A stretch of DNA of 64,000 nucleotides from Lingula anatina (lineage: Eukaryota > Animalia > Brachiopoda). The position numbers were made by a program, and so were the translations under genes. Shown in pieces: positions 1 to 12,638 of this stretch (its first letter is position 1; each line of letters opens with the position of its first letter). Location: positions 496,001-560,000 of the forward strand of contig CM120647.1 of the NCBI GenBank assembly GCA_051362555.1, read 5' to 3'. The notes under the pieces were generated by a model that did not search any database, had not been told where the DNA came from, and saw only the letters and a list, made by a program, of their open reading frames with translations.

Positions 1-248
1 ACAACACCTGTCTCCGGGGAAATACTCGTCCCACTTGTGAAGCGCATCATGAAAGTGATCGTAGGTGAGGAAATTATATAATCAAAAATTATAATTGTCG
101 TCTTTTTTAATGTTAAGTAATGTTAGCACATATTGTACACAGCAAAATAAGATTTCAGAAGGATAAAACATGCCTGAAACACGTGTTAGGCGAAAATTGC
201 GGCTTATCTTGCGTAACACTTCCGGTAAAATGCAATACTTCCGGAAAG

Positions 249-293
249 ATGGACGTTTTGGCAGATGCCCCTAACAATCCGACGATATCAAAG
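249..293 (+). CDS. Putative first (or upstream) coding exon of the gamma-syntrophin gene (MDVLADAPNNPTISK)
   Basis: ATG at 249, phase-0 donor AAG|GTTTCC at 293, in frame with the phase-0 PDZ exon at 6826. CTTCCGG ETS-like motifs lie just upstream. No homology support visible. Confidence 0.35.
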
Positions 294-442
294 GTTTCCA
301 TTTGCTGTATTTTAATCAATTCGACGAAACTGACATTTCCATGAAATTAATTAATTAATCTTGGTCGAATTGTTTGGCATATTACCGTAGTTATAAGTGC
401 CATATCCCAAAGCTATTGCTAGTTTTTTTAGTTCATAATGTT

Positions 443-643
443 TTCTTGTTACCATGGATATTTAACAAGTGGGTCAGATCACTTCTTGTTACCATGGATA
501 TCTAACAAGTGGGTCAGATCACTTCTTGTTACCATGGATATTTAACAAGTGGGTCAGATCACTTCTTGTTACCATGGATATTTAACAAGTGGGTCAGATC
601 ACTTCTTGTTACCATGGATATTTAACAAGTGGGTCAGATCACT
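443..643. repeat. 40-bp tandem repeat, about 5 copies
   Basis: Unit TTCTTGTTACCATGGATATTTAACAAGTGGGTCAGATCAC repeated head-to-tail with no spacers. Confidence 0.95.
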
Positions 644-2031
644 TGCAAACCCTAGAGTTTTATCGTACGTATGCATAAGAAGTGAAATGGAAAGGTTGGT
701 TAGTTCTCATTTTATATCATGTATCTTTGTATACAATGTGACAGTTGCCATTCTTGTCATCCATGCTGTGTGGTTCCAGCCTCAAAGCATTAGAGAGTTA
801 GCACATTAATGACACTGTTAACACAAGAGTGTCACTTCTGGTAGACTGTTTTTAAAGTACCGTAAGTAACTAAAGAACTAGCCATTTACTTTTACTAAAC
901 AACTTAGTTTTACTATAGATCTACAGTAGAGGTGCAGTTGACCACACAAGGCCTGCGGGAGGGGGGACACCATATGTTTGGAGATTCAAATAGAATTACC
1001 AGGGCGTCTTAATTCAATCATCGCAGGGACTATAATTGACTTGGCTATTTCAGCCCCCCACAGGGGTTGTCTGTATTGATTGTGAACTTAGAGGACTTAG
1101 CACGCGCCATTCTACCAGCCCAAGTGGAGCATTCAGACAAAATTCCTTTTGGACCGGAAAATGAGGCCTGGTTGCTTAAATAGATACACAGACATTATAA
1201 AGCCTTATAAAACCAAGCATGTATTTGAAATGGATATTCAGAAAACAAGCACCATAATATGTAAAGTTTCACCCAAATAAAGCATTCTAAGTTCTACCTG
1301 TACTAGTAATTGGTTTAGTTTCTAGTCTGTACTTGGCCAGGTCTGAATGAACTAATGAGTTCTCCTATAGATGGCGCTGTGTGTAAACGCCCCCAGGGTC
1401 TCATTAACCTCCTCCAGAGATCTCCGTCATTGATCACGGTGCCCCCTGGGAGGTGTATAGGAACGCCGCGCCATCTGACTCTCTCTCGTGTGTGTATGGT
1501 TTGGTACCTGAGGCGTTAGTCTATAACAAGATGTCGTTTAAAAACATTAATGTAATTAACTGAGTGGCCGTTACAAGAAAAGCAAGCTTACAGACTGTTG
1601 TACTCACTCCACTGTGTTTAATACATTTATCTGAATTATAACTGCAATCAATCAAACTTAGACTCAGCATGTCTTAGTTAATGGAATCTTATGGCTGAGG
1701 TCAAACTGATATGGATTACCTAGCTTGTTTATTTGAAAAAAATCCATGAAATCTATCTGAAAGATTTTATCTCCTGATAAGTGTGTTATGACATGGGAAT
1801 TTCATCATTTCCCTCTTACTGATCTCTTCTTCAAAATGCTTTTTTCATTGCAATATAAAAATAAATATGTAAAATAAAAATATGAACACATGCAATTTGC
1901 ATTATGGGCTTAGTGTGAAGGAGGAGTCAATTATTATTATTATGTTTCAGGAAAGACCAGTACTTCTACACAGAGAGAAGGTGGGAGGACTTGGTCTCAG
2001 TGTGAAAGGAGGAGTATATTATTATTATTAT

Positions 2032-4943
2032 TGTACCACCAGCGTTAGCGCTGGCGGTACACATGGTTTCGGTCCCGTCCGGATCGTTCCGCCGGCTCCG
2101 TTGGCTCCGCCGGCTCCGCCGGATGGCTACCGTTACCACTTCTCCTCCTAGACGGTAAGGGCCCCCGTACCCATCTCATGGATTTAGGTCACCTATAATC
2201 TCAACTCGTTCCACGTAAAATTTGGGCTTTGTCGGTATTGGGGTCTGGGTGTGGCACTCATTGCAATGCACCCTTGTCTAAAAATGGCAAAATTAAATGC
2301 TAATTATCTACCCTACGGAAGGAGTTATGGGAAAAATTTCTATAGACGGCTTTCCAAAAGTCATATGTGTAGATTTCAAATATACCCTTGGATTTGACCT
2401 TTGACCTCTACTTCAAGGTCAAATGGGCCAAAATTTTCAAAAAAATGAAATTTTTTATGAAAAAAATTTTTTTTGCCCTGTTATTCAGACACCACACAGA
2501 CTTAACCAATAATATTATTGGAAAGTGTTACCCTTCAGGTCATCTTTCATCTCCATGAATGTGGGGTCAATCGGTGCATTTTCACGGGAGTAGCGGCCAT
2601 AAGATACTGAAACTGAAAACTGTCTCTAATTCGGGAACCGTTAATGCTAGAGACCCATTCTTTTTTGCATTTTGTAGAGCATGTAAAGCCCAACACTGGG
2701 GGTGGGCTCGGTTTTTTTGTATTCCATACGGTTTTCGAGTTACGCTGTATCAAAAAGTACAAATTGGTGGTAAAAGCAAAATGTGCAGTACGGTAATGGA
2801 TAATAAATTTTGAACTCTGGAAAAATAAAACATAAGGCTTGGCAAAGCAGACAACTTGTGTTCAAAAATGACATTATTTCATCAAATTTGAAATTCTGAA
2901 ACTTCAGAGCACCTCCTATTTCAAGAATTTTGACCAAAATGACATTTTCTTTATTTTAAATAATTTTTTCTGTACAAAATTTAAGGCACATTATGGTAAC
3001 TCCAAAATTATAACATTTAGTCCCTTATATCTCCAAAACTGGCAGAGATAGGTCCATAGTTACTATTGAAGTTGAATAGGAAGTCATATACTGGCAATCT
3101 TACTATGACCTTGAAATTGACCTTTGACCTACTTTTCACCATGAACTGAACTTTGCAAATTTTTCTTCCCTTTTATCTCCAAAACTGGCAGAGATAGGTC
3201 CATAGTTACTATTGAACTTGAATAGGAAGTCATATACTGGCAATCTAAATGTGACCTTAAAATTGACCTTTGACCTACTTTTCACCATGAACTGAATTTT
3301 GCAAATTTTGCTTTCCTTTTATCTCAAAAACTGGCAGAGATAGGTCCGTAGTTACTATTGAACTTGAATAGGAAGTCATATACTGGCAATCTATATGTGA
3401 CATTAAAATTGACCTTTGACCTACTTTACACCATGAACTGAATTTTGCAAATTTTGCTTTCCTTTTATCTACAAAACTGGCTGAGATAGGTCCATAGTTA
3501 CTATTGAACTTGAATAGGAAGTCATATACTGGCAATCTAAATGTGACCTTAAAATTGACCTTTGACCTACTTTTCACCATGAACTGAATTTTGCAAATTT
3601 TACTTCCCTTTTATCTCCAAAACTGGCAGAGATAGGTCCATAGTAACTATTGAAGTTGACTAGGAAGTCATATACTGGCAATCTAAATGTGACCTTAAAA
3701 TTGACCTTTGACCTACTTTACACCATGAACTGAATTTTGCAAATTTTGCTTTCCTTTTATCTCCAAAACTGGCTGAGATAGGTCCGTAGTTACTATTGAA
3801 CTTGAATAGGAAGTCATATACTGGCAATCTAAATGTGACCTTAAAATTGACCTTTGACCTACTTTTCACCATAAACTGAACTTTGCAAAATTTGCTTCCC
3901 TTTTATCTCCAAAACTGGCAGAGATAGGTCCATAGTTACTATTGAACTTGAATAGGAAGTCATATACTGGCAATCTAAATGTGACCTTAAAATTGACCTT
4001 TGACCTACTTTACACCATGAACTGAATTTTGCAAATTTTGCTTTCCTTTTATCTCCAAAACTGGCTGAGATAGGTCCGTAGTTACTATTGAACTTGAATA
4101 GGAAGTCATATACTGGCAATCTAAATGTGACCTCAAAATTGACCTTTAACCTACTTTTCACCATAAAATGAATTTTGCAAATTTTGCTTCCCTTTTATCT
4201 CCAAAACTGGCAGAGATAGGTCCATAGTTACTATTGAACTTGAATAGGAAGTCATATACTGGCAATCTAAATGTGACCTTGAAATTGACCTTTGACCTAC
4301 TTTTCACCATGAACTGAACTTTGCAAATTTTGCTTCCCTTTTATCTCCAAAACTGGCAGAGATAGGTCCATAGTTACTATTGAACTTGAATAGAAAGTCA
4401 TATACTGGCAATCTAAATGTGACCTTGAAATTGACCTTTGACCTACTTTTCACCATGAACTGAACTTTGCAAATTTTGCTTCCCTTTTATCTCCAAAACT
4501 GGCAGAGATAGGTCCATAGTTACTATTGAAGTTGAATAGGAAGTCCTATACTGGCAATCTAAGTGTGACCTTGAAATTGACCTTTGACCTACTTTTTATC
4601 ATGAACTGAACTCTGCTAATTTCTTTCTCTTTTAACTTCAAACTTGACAGAGGTAGGTCCATAGTTACTCTTGAACTTGAATAGGAAGTCATATACTGGC
4701 AATTTACTGTGACCTTGAAATTGACCCTTGACCTACCTTACGAAGAACTTAAATTTGATTGTACCATATATTTTTTTTTGCAATAGTTTAAAAATTCTTG
4801 TTGATTGCATTTTTACAGCTTGTCAAGCACAAAACTGGTGGCTGTGTCCCTTATTTTGTGTATGTTGGGGTCTATACGAATGCGCTTGCTCCAGCTGGTG
4901 GTACAATATTCCGAGGCGGTATCGCCTCTCTGATCCTCTAGTT
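2032..4943 (+). mobile_element. Helentron-associated non-autonomous element (HINE-like), copy 1, with internal 146-bp satellite
   Basis: 5' palindrome TGTACCACCAGCG-TTAG-CGCTGGCGGTACA, then a GTCC-type microsatellite. 3' subterminal inverted repeat CTGGTGGTACA, hairpin GAGGCG-GTAT-CGCCTC and end CTAGTT. Inserted in an (ATT)n tract. Confidence 0.8.
3025..4735. repeat. 146-bp tandem satellite, about 12 copies, inside HINE copy 1
   Basis: AAAACTGGCAGAGATAGGTCC...GACCTTGAAATTGACCTTTGACC recurs at 146-bp intervals (3035, 3181, 3327, 3473...). Confidence 0.95.
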
Positions 4944-5030
4944 ATTATTATGTTTCAGGAAAGACCTGCACTACTACACAGAGAGAAGATGGGAGGACTT
5001 GGTCTCAGTGTGAAAGGAGGAGTATATTAT

Positions 5031-6768
5031 TGTACCACCAGCGTTAGCGCTGGCGGTACACATGGTTTTAGTCCCGTCCGGTCCGTTCCGCCGGCTCCGC
5101 CGGCTCTGTGGCCATGTTACGTTACCGCTTCTCCTCCTAGACGGTAAGGGCCCCCATACCCATCTCTTGGATTTAGGTCACCTATAATCTCAACTCGTTC
5201 CACGTAAAATTTGGGCTTTGTCGGTATTGGGATCTAGGTGTGGCATTCATTGCAATGCACCCTTGTCCAAAAATGGCAAAATTAAATGCTAATTATCTAC
5301 CCTACGGAAGGAATTATGGGAAAAATTTCTACAGACAGCTTTCCAAAAGTCATATGTGTAGATTTCAAATATGCCCTTGTATTTGACCTTTGACCTTTAT
5401 TTCAAGGTCAAATGGGCCAAAATAAAAAAAAAAATGAATTTTTTTACGAAAAAAAAATTATTTGCGCTGTTATTCAGACACCACACAGACTTAACCAATA
5501 ATATTATTGGAAAATGTTACCCTACAGGTCATCTTTCATCTCCGTAAATTTGGGGTCAATCGGTGCATTTTCACGGGAGTAGCGGCCATAAGATACCGAA
5601 ACTGAAAACTGTCTCTAATTCGGGGACCGTTAATGCGAGAGACCCATTCTTTTTTGCATTTCGTAGAGCATGTTAAGCCCAAAACTGGAGGTGGTCTCCG
5701 TTTTTTTGTATTCCATACGGTTTTCGAGCTACGCTGTGTCAAAAAGTACATATTGGTGGTGAAAGCAAAATGTGCAGTACGGTAATGGATAATAAATTTT
5801 AAACTCTGGAAAAATAAAACATAAGGCTTGGCAAAGCAGACAACTTGTGGTCAAAAATGACATTATTTCATCAAATTTGAACTTCTGGAACTTCAGAGCA
5901 CCTCCCATTTCAAGAATTTCGACCAAAATGACCTTTTCTTTATTTTAATTAATTTTTTCTGTAGGAAATTTATGGCACATTAAGGTAACTCCAAAATTAT
6001 AACATTTAGTCCCTTATATCTCCAAAACTGGCAGAGATAGGTCCATAGTTACTATTGAAGTTGAATAGGAAGTCATATACTGGCAATCTTACTGTGGCCT
6101 TGAAATTGACCTTTGACCTACTTTTCACCATGAACTGAACTTTGCAAATTTTGCTTCCCTTTTATCTCCAAAACTGGCAGAGATAGGTCCATAGTTACTA
6201 TTGAAGTTGACTAGGAAGTCATATACTGGCAATCTAAATGTGACCTTGAAATTGACCTTTGACCTACTTTTCACCATGAACTGAACTTAGCAAATTTTGT
6301 CCCCTTTTATCTCCAAAACTAGGAGAGATATGTCCATAGTTACTATTGAACTTGAATAGGAGATCATATACTGGCAATCTAAATGTGACCTTAAAATTGA
6401 CCTTTGACCTACTTATTATCATGAACTGAACTCTGCTAATTTCTTTCTTTTTTAACTCCAAACCTGGCAGAGATAGGTCCATAGTTACTATTGAACTTGA
6501 ATAGGAAGTCACATACTGGCAATTTACTGTGACCTTGAAATTGACCTTTGACCTACCTTACGATGAACTTAAATTTGATTGTACCATTTTTAGTTATATA
6601 TATTTTTTGCATATTTTGAAAATTCTTGTTGATTGCATTTTTACAGCTTGTCAAGCACAAGACTGGTGGCTGTGTCCCTTATTTTGTGTATGTGGGGGTC
6701 TATACGAATGCGCTTGCTCCAGCTGGTGGTACAATATTCGGAGGCGGTATCGCCTCTCTGATCCTCTA

Positions 6769-6771
<3 letters not shown>
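5031..6771 (+). mobile_element. HINE-like element, copy 2 (same family, about 3-4 satellite units)
   Basis: Same 5' palindrome, body and 3' subTIR/hairpin/CTAGTT as 2032-4943. Followed by (ATT)n at about 6770-6817. Confidence 0.8.
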
Positions 6772-6818
<47 letters not shown>

Positions 6819-6825
6819 GTTTCAG

Positions 6826-9800
6826 GAAAGACCTGTACTACTACACAGAGAGAAGGTGGGAGGACTGGGTCTCAGTGTCAAAGGAGGCGCGGAGCACAAC
6901 CTGCCCATACTGATATCAAGACTGTTCAAAAACCAAGCCGGTATGTTCAGTGGAAATAAGATAATTAGATAGATATATTGGTAAATAAATAGGTAAATAA
7001 GTGAAAAAGACTGGCACAAAGTATAAACTGACAATTTAATTAATTTCAAAGCAAAACAAAAAAGAAAGACCATTAAATTGCCTATTGTTTTTGTAATTTC
7101 AGCTGAGAGGACAGGGGAGCTGTTTGTAGGTGATGCCATCACTAAGGTAACCTGCACCATCACTATGGTAACATATTCCATCACTATGGTTACATATATC
7201 ATTACTATGGTTACATATACCATCACTAAGGTAGCATTATATAACCAACATGGTTGATCATTTAAACCATCGCTAAGGTGCATGTAACATAAGATAAGCC
7301 ACAAGATGGAGTATTTATACCAGAAAAGATACAGAGGCAATAAGTATTTGCCAGTTAAAATGCTAATATTATCTAATGTAAGTTTGGCTTAAGATGATTT
7401 TCCTTGCTCTACTTTTGCTCTCTAAAAATCAATAGTCTAAGTTAAATTACCAATTCCCCTGTAGAGGGTAAACTGTTGAATCCTCATGAGATATTATTCC
7501 CCTGTACTTACAGCTGGGTCTTCAACACTTGCTATTTGAAAATGTGCAAATGTAACAGGTCTATTATTCCATCACATACTCTCTTCACAATATTCAGTAA
7601 ACTGTTTTTTTTTTTTTTTTTTTTTTTTGAAAAAGAGTAGTATATAACTTTACCCTATATTTTTGATTTTTTCTTTCAATGCAAATCTCTTTTATCTGTG
7701 TAAATACAAATTTTAAAACATGGTAAGTCTTTGAGATGTCAAATAATTTTGTTTAGATATAAGCCAGCTCAGTTATAAACATGTATTTTGATTTTGTTAG
7801 AAAAGTAGATGTTAGAAGAATTCAATGTGTATAAAATTTTTGCCAGGTCAACAACATCAATATTGAGCACTTCAACCATGACGAGGCAGTGCTGGCGCTG
7901 AAGAATGCGGGAGATGAAGTGCTGCTGACTGTCCGCCATTTTCACCCTGCGTCTCCCTTCCTGAACAAGAATGGAAACAATAGCAACCAGCAGGAAGAGG
8001 CAAGTCTCTCTCTCTCTCCCCCTCCCTCCTCTCTCTTTTTCTCTCACCCCCCCCCCTCCCCAACAAGAGGGACATTATATAAATGATTAATGTAAATTTC
8101 AAACATAATTGATAGGATTGCCTTCGTTTACAGATTACTTGTTTGACAAGTCTGCGAATTATGTACTTATCTTTACAAAAGTGAGACGCATCATACAGAG
8201 CAATGATAATGTTATTCTTTATAACTGGTTGCAGTGGCCAACAGTTATCCAATGAAATGATTTGTATCATATTCTGTTATAGAAGCTTCACCACCATTGG
8301 TCAACAGTGGTCTCCATACCTCTACAATGGACAACTGTTATCCAATGAAATGATTTGTATTATATTCTGTTATAGAAGCCTCACCACCATTGGTCCACAG
8401 TGGTGTCCATACCTCTACTCTATGCATATGTCACTAAGTACATCACAGGAACAGATAAAATGAGGTGAATACCAGCTTTCTTTATACCATATCAGTGATG
8501 TAAATCTACATTGTTTATTTCTACTGTAGCACATTAAAATACTAATAAGTTCAACAAAATTAACTTTTGTGCTATCAGGTAACTTTGTTTAAATATTGAG
8601 CTTATCAGTCATTGTCAATTTATTTGCCTGTTTGTCTTCATTTCTCTCTGTACTTGTCTATTTGTTTATCCATCTTTTTTTCTGTCTGCTGTCTGTCAGC
8701 TGTCTGTCTATCTTTACAAAAGAATACATTCATTTATTGCAGACCTAACTGCTACGAAGTGATCGCCATGGACGGCACCCTGTCAGGGACGCTGCAGTGC
8801 GAGGACGGGAAGAGTTTGGCGGAGTGGATAAGATGTATCACCAACAATATTGCTGTTCTCAACAACCAGGCTGTGAGTTCACTCTTTACTGTGGGCACTT
8901 GATGAGATCAGTTAGATTTCAATATAACAAACTGCTTTCCCCTGCGAAAATGTGTCTCATTTAACATGATGATGATGATATGTTGGCAAATCTGTAAATT
9001 AGCTTGAGCTAAAAGATGGCATGATATGTGCCTGTAACTCTACATTTAAACCTTTAACATCTACTTGGAATTTAAATGTTTCTTTGCAGGTGCTGGTGTC
9101 CAATAAGGTTCTTGTGCCAAATGAACATGTAAGTATACTGGTCATGGAGGTGCTGTATATGTATCATAGGGGACCATTCAGAATAGATAATCCAAGTACT
9201 AACTGATCTGACGACTAAATATGGTTGACCACACTTACTCCATGATGTTCTCCCCGCCTCCTTGCCGTTGCTGCAGGGACCTAGCAATTAAACTTGGAAG
9301 CCGAGATTTTATCTGTTAAATGGCACGTGTAGAGGTGGGGAGACCATCAGGAATCGGCTGCATTGCTTTTGAAGTGTGGTCAGCCATATTTAGTCGGCAG
9401 ATCAGTAAGTGCTTGGATCATCTATCCTGAATGGCCCCATAGAGTAAACAAGGTGCTGGTATGTTATTAAAGAAGGGAACTGTAACAACACAGGTGATTA
9501 TAACAATCAATAGAAGCAGTTCAATATTCAGTTTGTCAAATGCTGAATGATTTCTTGACTGTAAACTCTATATTTCAGATTCACACCATGTGTTGGAGCT
9601 GTGACTGTAAACTCTATATTTCAGATTCACACCATGTGTTGGAGCTGTGACTGTAAACTATATATTTCAGATTCACACCATGTGTTGGAGCTGTGACTGT
9701 AAACTCTATATTTCAGATTCACACCATGTGTTGGAGCTGTGACTGTAAACTCTATATTTCAGATTCACACCATGTGTTGGAGCTGTGACTGTAAACTCTA

Positions 9801-12638
9801 TATTTCAGATTCACACCATGTGTTGGAGCTGTGACTGTAAACTCTATATTTCAGATTCACACCATGTGTTGGAGCTGTGACTGTAAACTCTATATTTCAG
9901 ATTCACACCATGTGTTGGAGCTGTGACTGTAAACTCTATATTTCAGATTCACACCATGTGTTGGAGCTGTGACTGTAAACTGTATATTTCAGATTCACAC
10001 CATGTGTTGGAGCTGTGACTGTAAACTCTATATTTCAGATTCACACCATGTGTTGGAGCTGTGACTGTAAACTCTATATTCCAGATTCACACCATGTGTT
10101 GGAGCTGTGACTGTAAACTCTATATTTCAGATTCACACCATGTGTTGGAGCTGTGAGCACCTGCAGTCCACGCGGCAGTGGCAGCACTGGCGACCCAAGT
10201 TTGTGGCGCTGAAAGGACAGGAGTTTTATGTGTTTGATGCTCCCCCAGTAAGTCTACTACATTTATGTGTGACAGGAGTTTTATGTGTTTGATGCTCCCC
10301 CAGTAAGTCTACTACCGTACATTTATGTGTGACAGGAGTTTTATGTGTTTGACATTCCCTAAGTAAATCTCTAAGTATGGCATTCATTTACATGTGTTTG
10401 TAGAAATTTACCATCAATTATTACTTGTGATATGTAAAGATATTGTATGTGGTTGAAATGTTGTGTGGAGAATGCAAGAGTCATTCTCTCCATTTTTTTC
10501 TATGTTTTTGTAAGTAAATATAATTTTTTTGCCTGCACAAATGAAAATGGACATTGCTCACAATTATCTCAACAGAAGGTATACAATCTTTTTTCCTTTA
10601 TGTCAGTTTGATGAACTTATTACGAAAGTGAACATATACCAAATGTGTTGATAGTAAGAGTACAAAGTGCCGTCCCCAGTTTGATATATCACTCTGATGG
10701 TCATTGTTTTCAGGTTCAAACAAGAGACTGGGTAAGATGTGAGAGGATTTACAAGATTTATGAAACTATGTTCAGAATATTAAAAGTAAGTTACTTAAAA
10801 ATTCTTTCTTTCAACATGTACATGTTGCACTGCATGTAAAACATATAGTTATCATACAAATATCTCAACTAATCTTATATAACTGTAAACCTGAATTTTA
10901 GAAATACTTGTGTGTATGATTCTATATGTATGTATGTTTTTACATCTTTTATACCTTTTATGAAAGAAAAAGATAAAAACATTCCCAGCCTATCTGACAC
11001 CCTGTCACATTGTTAGCTTCCACATTGTCATCATTGCTGTGATTGGTCATTCCAGCACAAAGAGCTGATAGATGACCGTCAGTACTGTTTTGTGGTGCAG
11101 ACGGCGCAGCACGGCGGACTGTACATGAGCATGGAGACACGAGAACAGCTGCTGCATCTGGAGAAAGCTTGGCACAGAGCCAACTATCTGGCTGTCAGAC
11201 ATGTTGGGGTAAATTAGACTCAGAGAGTCAGACGTTAATTTTAATTCTAGAACTCTGAGACAAATAACTAATTAAAACTTAACCATTTATTAATTAATGA
11301 ATCATCACCAAAATCTAATCACTTTTTACTTGGTCCATTTCTGACCTAAAATTTCATCATAATCCAGCCATAACTTTGTGCATAATGTTGCCTAAAGACA
11401 AAAATTAGCATCATAACAAAAACAAAAATATAACCTCCTCAGCTTCAAACTTTTGTTTTTGATATGTCAAGCTTCAACTTTTTTCCCAGGCAGCAAATGA
11501 GGCTAAACATTAACATAATAATATTTAAGTACTATTAGACCGGGAGCCAGAGCGGGTTCAGGGGTTTTGAAAGACCCCCTCCCCCCCCCCCCCCCCCCCC
11601 CTCTTTTTTTTTTTTTTTTTTTGTCGGGAAAAGGTCCACGCTGGGTAAAATTTTTTCTCGGTACTCAAAGGTTTCATGGTAAAAGGTCCACTTTTTCAGA
11701 ATCCCCCTTTTGAAATTGCAGGCTACAGGCCTGTAATAATAACCTTACCTGTACATGGATATGTGTATTTGTTCTTTTCAGAGTAAAACGTTTGGTTGTT
11801 CTTGGAGAGACAGAATCTGTGGACTGACTCTGGACCTTCAGGCTGGCTTCTCACTCTATGACAGTGAAACCAAGGTAAGGAGGGAGATTTGATTAAGGAC
11901 TGGGGGAAGGGAGTTACTCTGCTGAACAAGATTTGTGACCAAAGTTTTGATCAACAGCTGTTAACATTCTCTATCAAAAACCTGAAGCCCTTTCTACGAA
12001 TTGTAGTCCCTGCTTCATGCTTCTTCCTGACCCATACCAGCCCACTGCTAAACTACATCTATGAGTATGTTAAATGAAAAATAGTGTTATAAATTGCATA
12101 TAAAATTAAGTATGTCTCGCACATCTTTAGAGATATATTAAATCCTTTTATCTTTTGCCTGTTCAGTAAATACAAATTCTCTCAACTCAAGGGGTGGTAT
12201 AATCACATTGCAGTTATCTACTCTTTCAGATTTTCATGTGGAATTACAAATTCTCCCAACTGAAGGGATCGTCTGATGATGGGAAGACAAAACTCCGACT
12301 GAACTTCTTTGCAGAAGACAAACAGAATATTGAAACAAGGGTATGTGGTAAACACTCTTGTTATTTACTTTGGCCCTTTTCTCAGCATGTCGTATACACT
12401 TGGAGTTTTCTGTATCACATTATTTTGTGTATCACCTTGTTTTAACCTGGCTATTACATACAGGAGTCATCTCACAGAGCCCCATGCTTTAACATTTTAT
12501 TAATACACTCTCATAATTTTCAATTTTCTTCTCCAGGAATTGGAGTGTACGGCACTGCAGACGCTGCTGTTGTCAATCCACGCCTTCCTGTCAGCCAAGT
12601 TGGCGTCTGTGGACCCTCAGTTTCTGAAAAATTTCTGA
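6826..12638 (+). CDS. SNTG1: Gamma-syntrophin (PDZ, PH, SU domains), multi-exon
   Basis: Exons 6826-6940, 7103-7146, 7847-7999 (GC donor), 8376-8464, 8743-8872, 9090-9128, 10131-10247, 10714-10785, 11056-11208, 11782-11874, 12230-12340 and 12537-12638 (TGA) join in frame. Peptides KVGGLGLSVKGGAEHNLPILISR, HDEAVLALKNAGDEVLLTV, IPLLYAYVTKYITGTDKMRPN, WNYKFSQLKGSSDDGK and IHAFLSAKLASVDP are characteristic of gamma-syntrophins. Symbol denotes the SNTG1/SNTG2 co-orthologue. Confidence 0.92.
9169..9438. mobile_element. MITE with about 65-bp imperfect terminal inverted repeats
   Basis: GGGGACCATTCAGAATAGATAATCCAAG...TTGACCACACTT is mirrored by AAGTGTGGTCAGCC...CCTGAATGGCCCC. Confidence 0.75.
9559..10156 (+). 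repeat. 46-bp tandem repeat, 13 copies, each containing the splice acceptor and start of the 10131 exon
   Basis: Unit CTGTAAACTCTATATTTCAG|ATTCACACCATGTGTTGGAGCTGTGA starts at 9559, 9605 ... 10111. Confidence 0.97.

Noticed and set aside
1-64. Possible exon ending GTAG|GTGAGG, or start of a divergent gene
   Set aside because: Too short, cut by the window edge, and no recognisable peptide.
3275-4164. Repeated 70-101 aa ORFs (MVKSRSKVNFKV...)
   Set aside because: Translations of the 146-bp satellite, not genes.
9559-10156. CRISPR-like array (also the 40-bp repeat at 443-643)
   Set aside because: Units are contiguous with no unique spacers, there are no cas genes, and the context is a eukaryotic intron.
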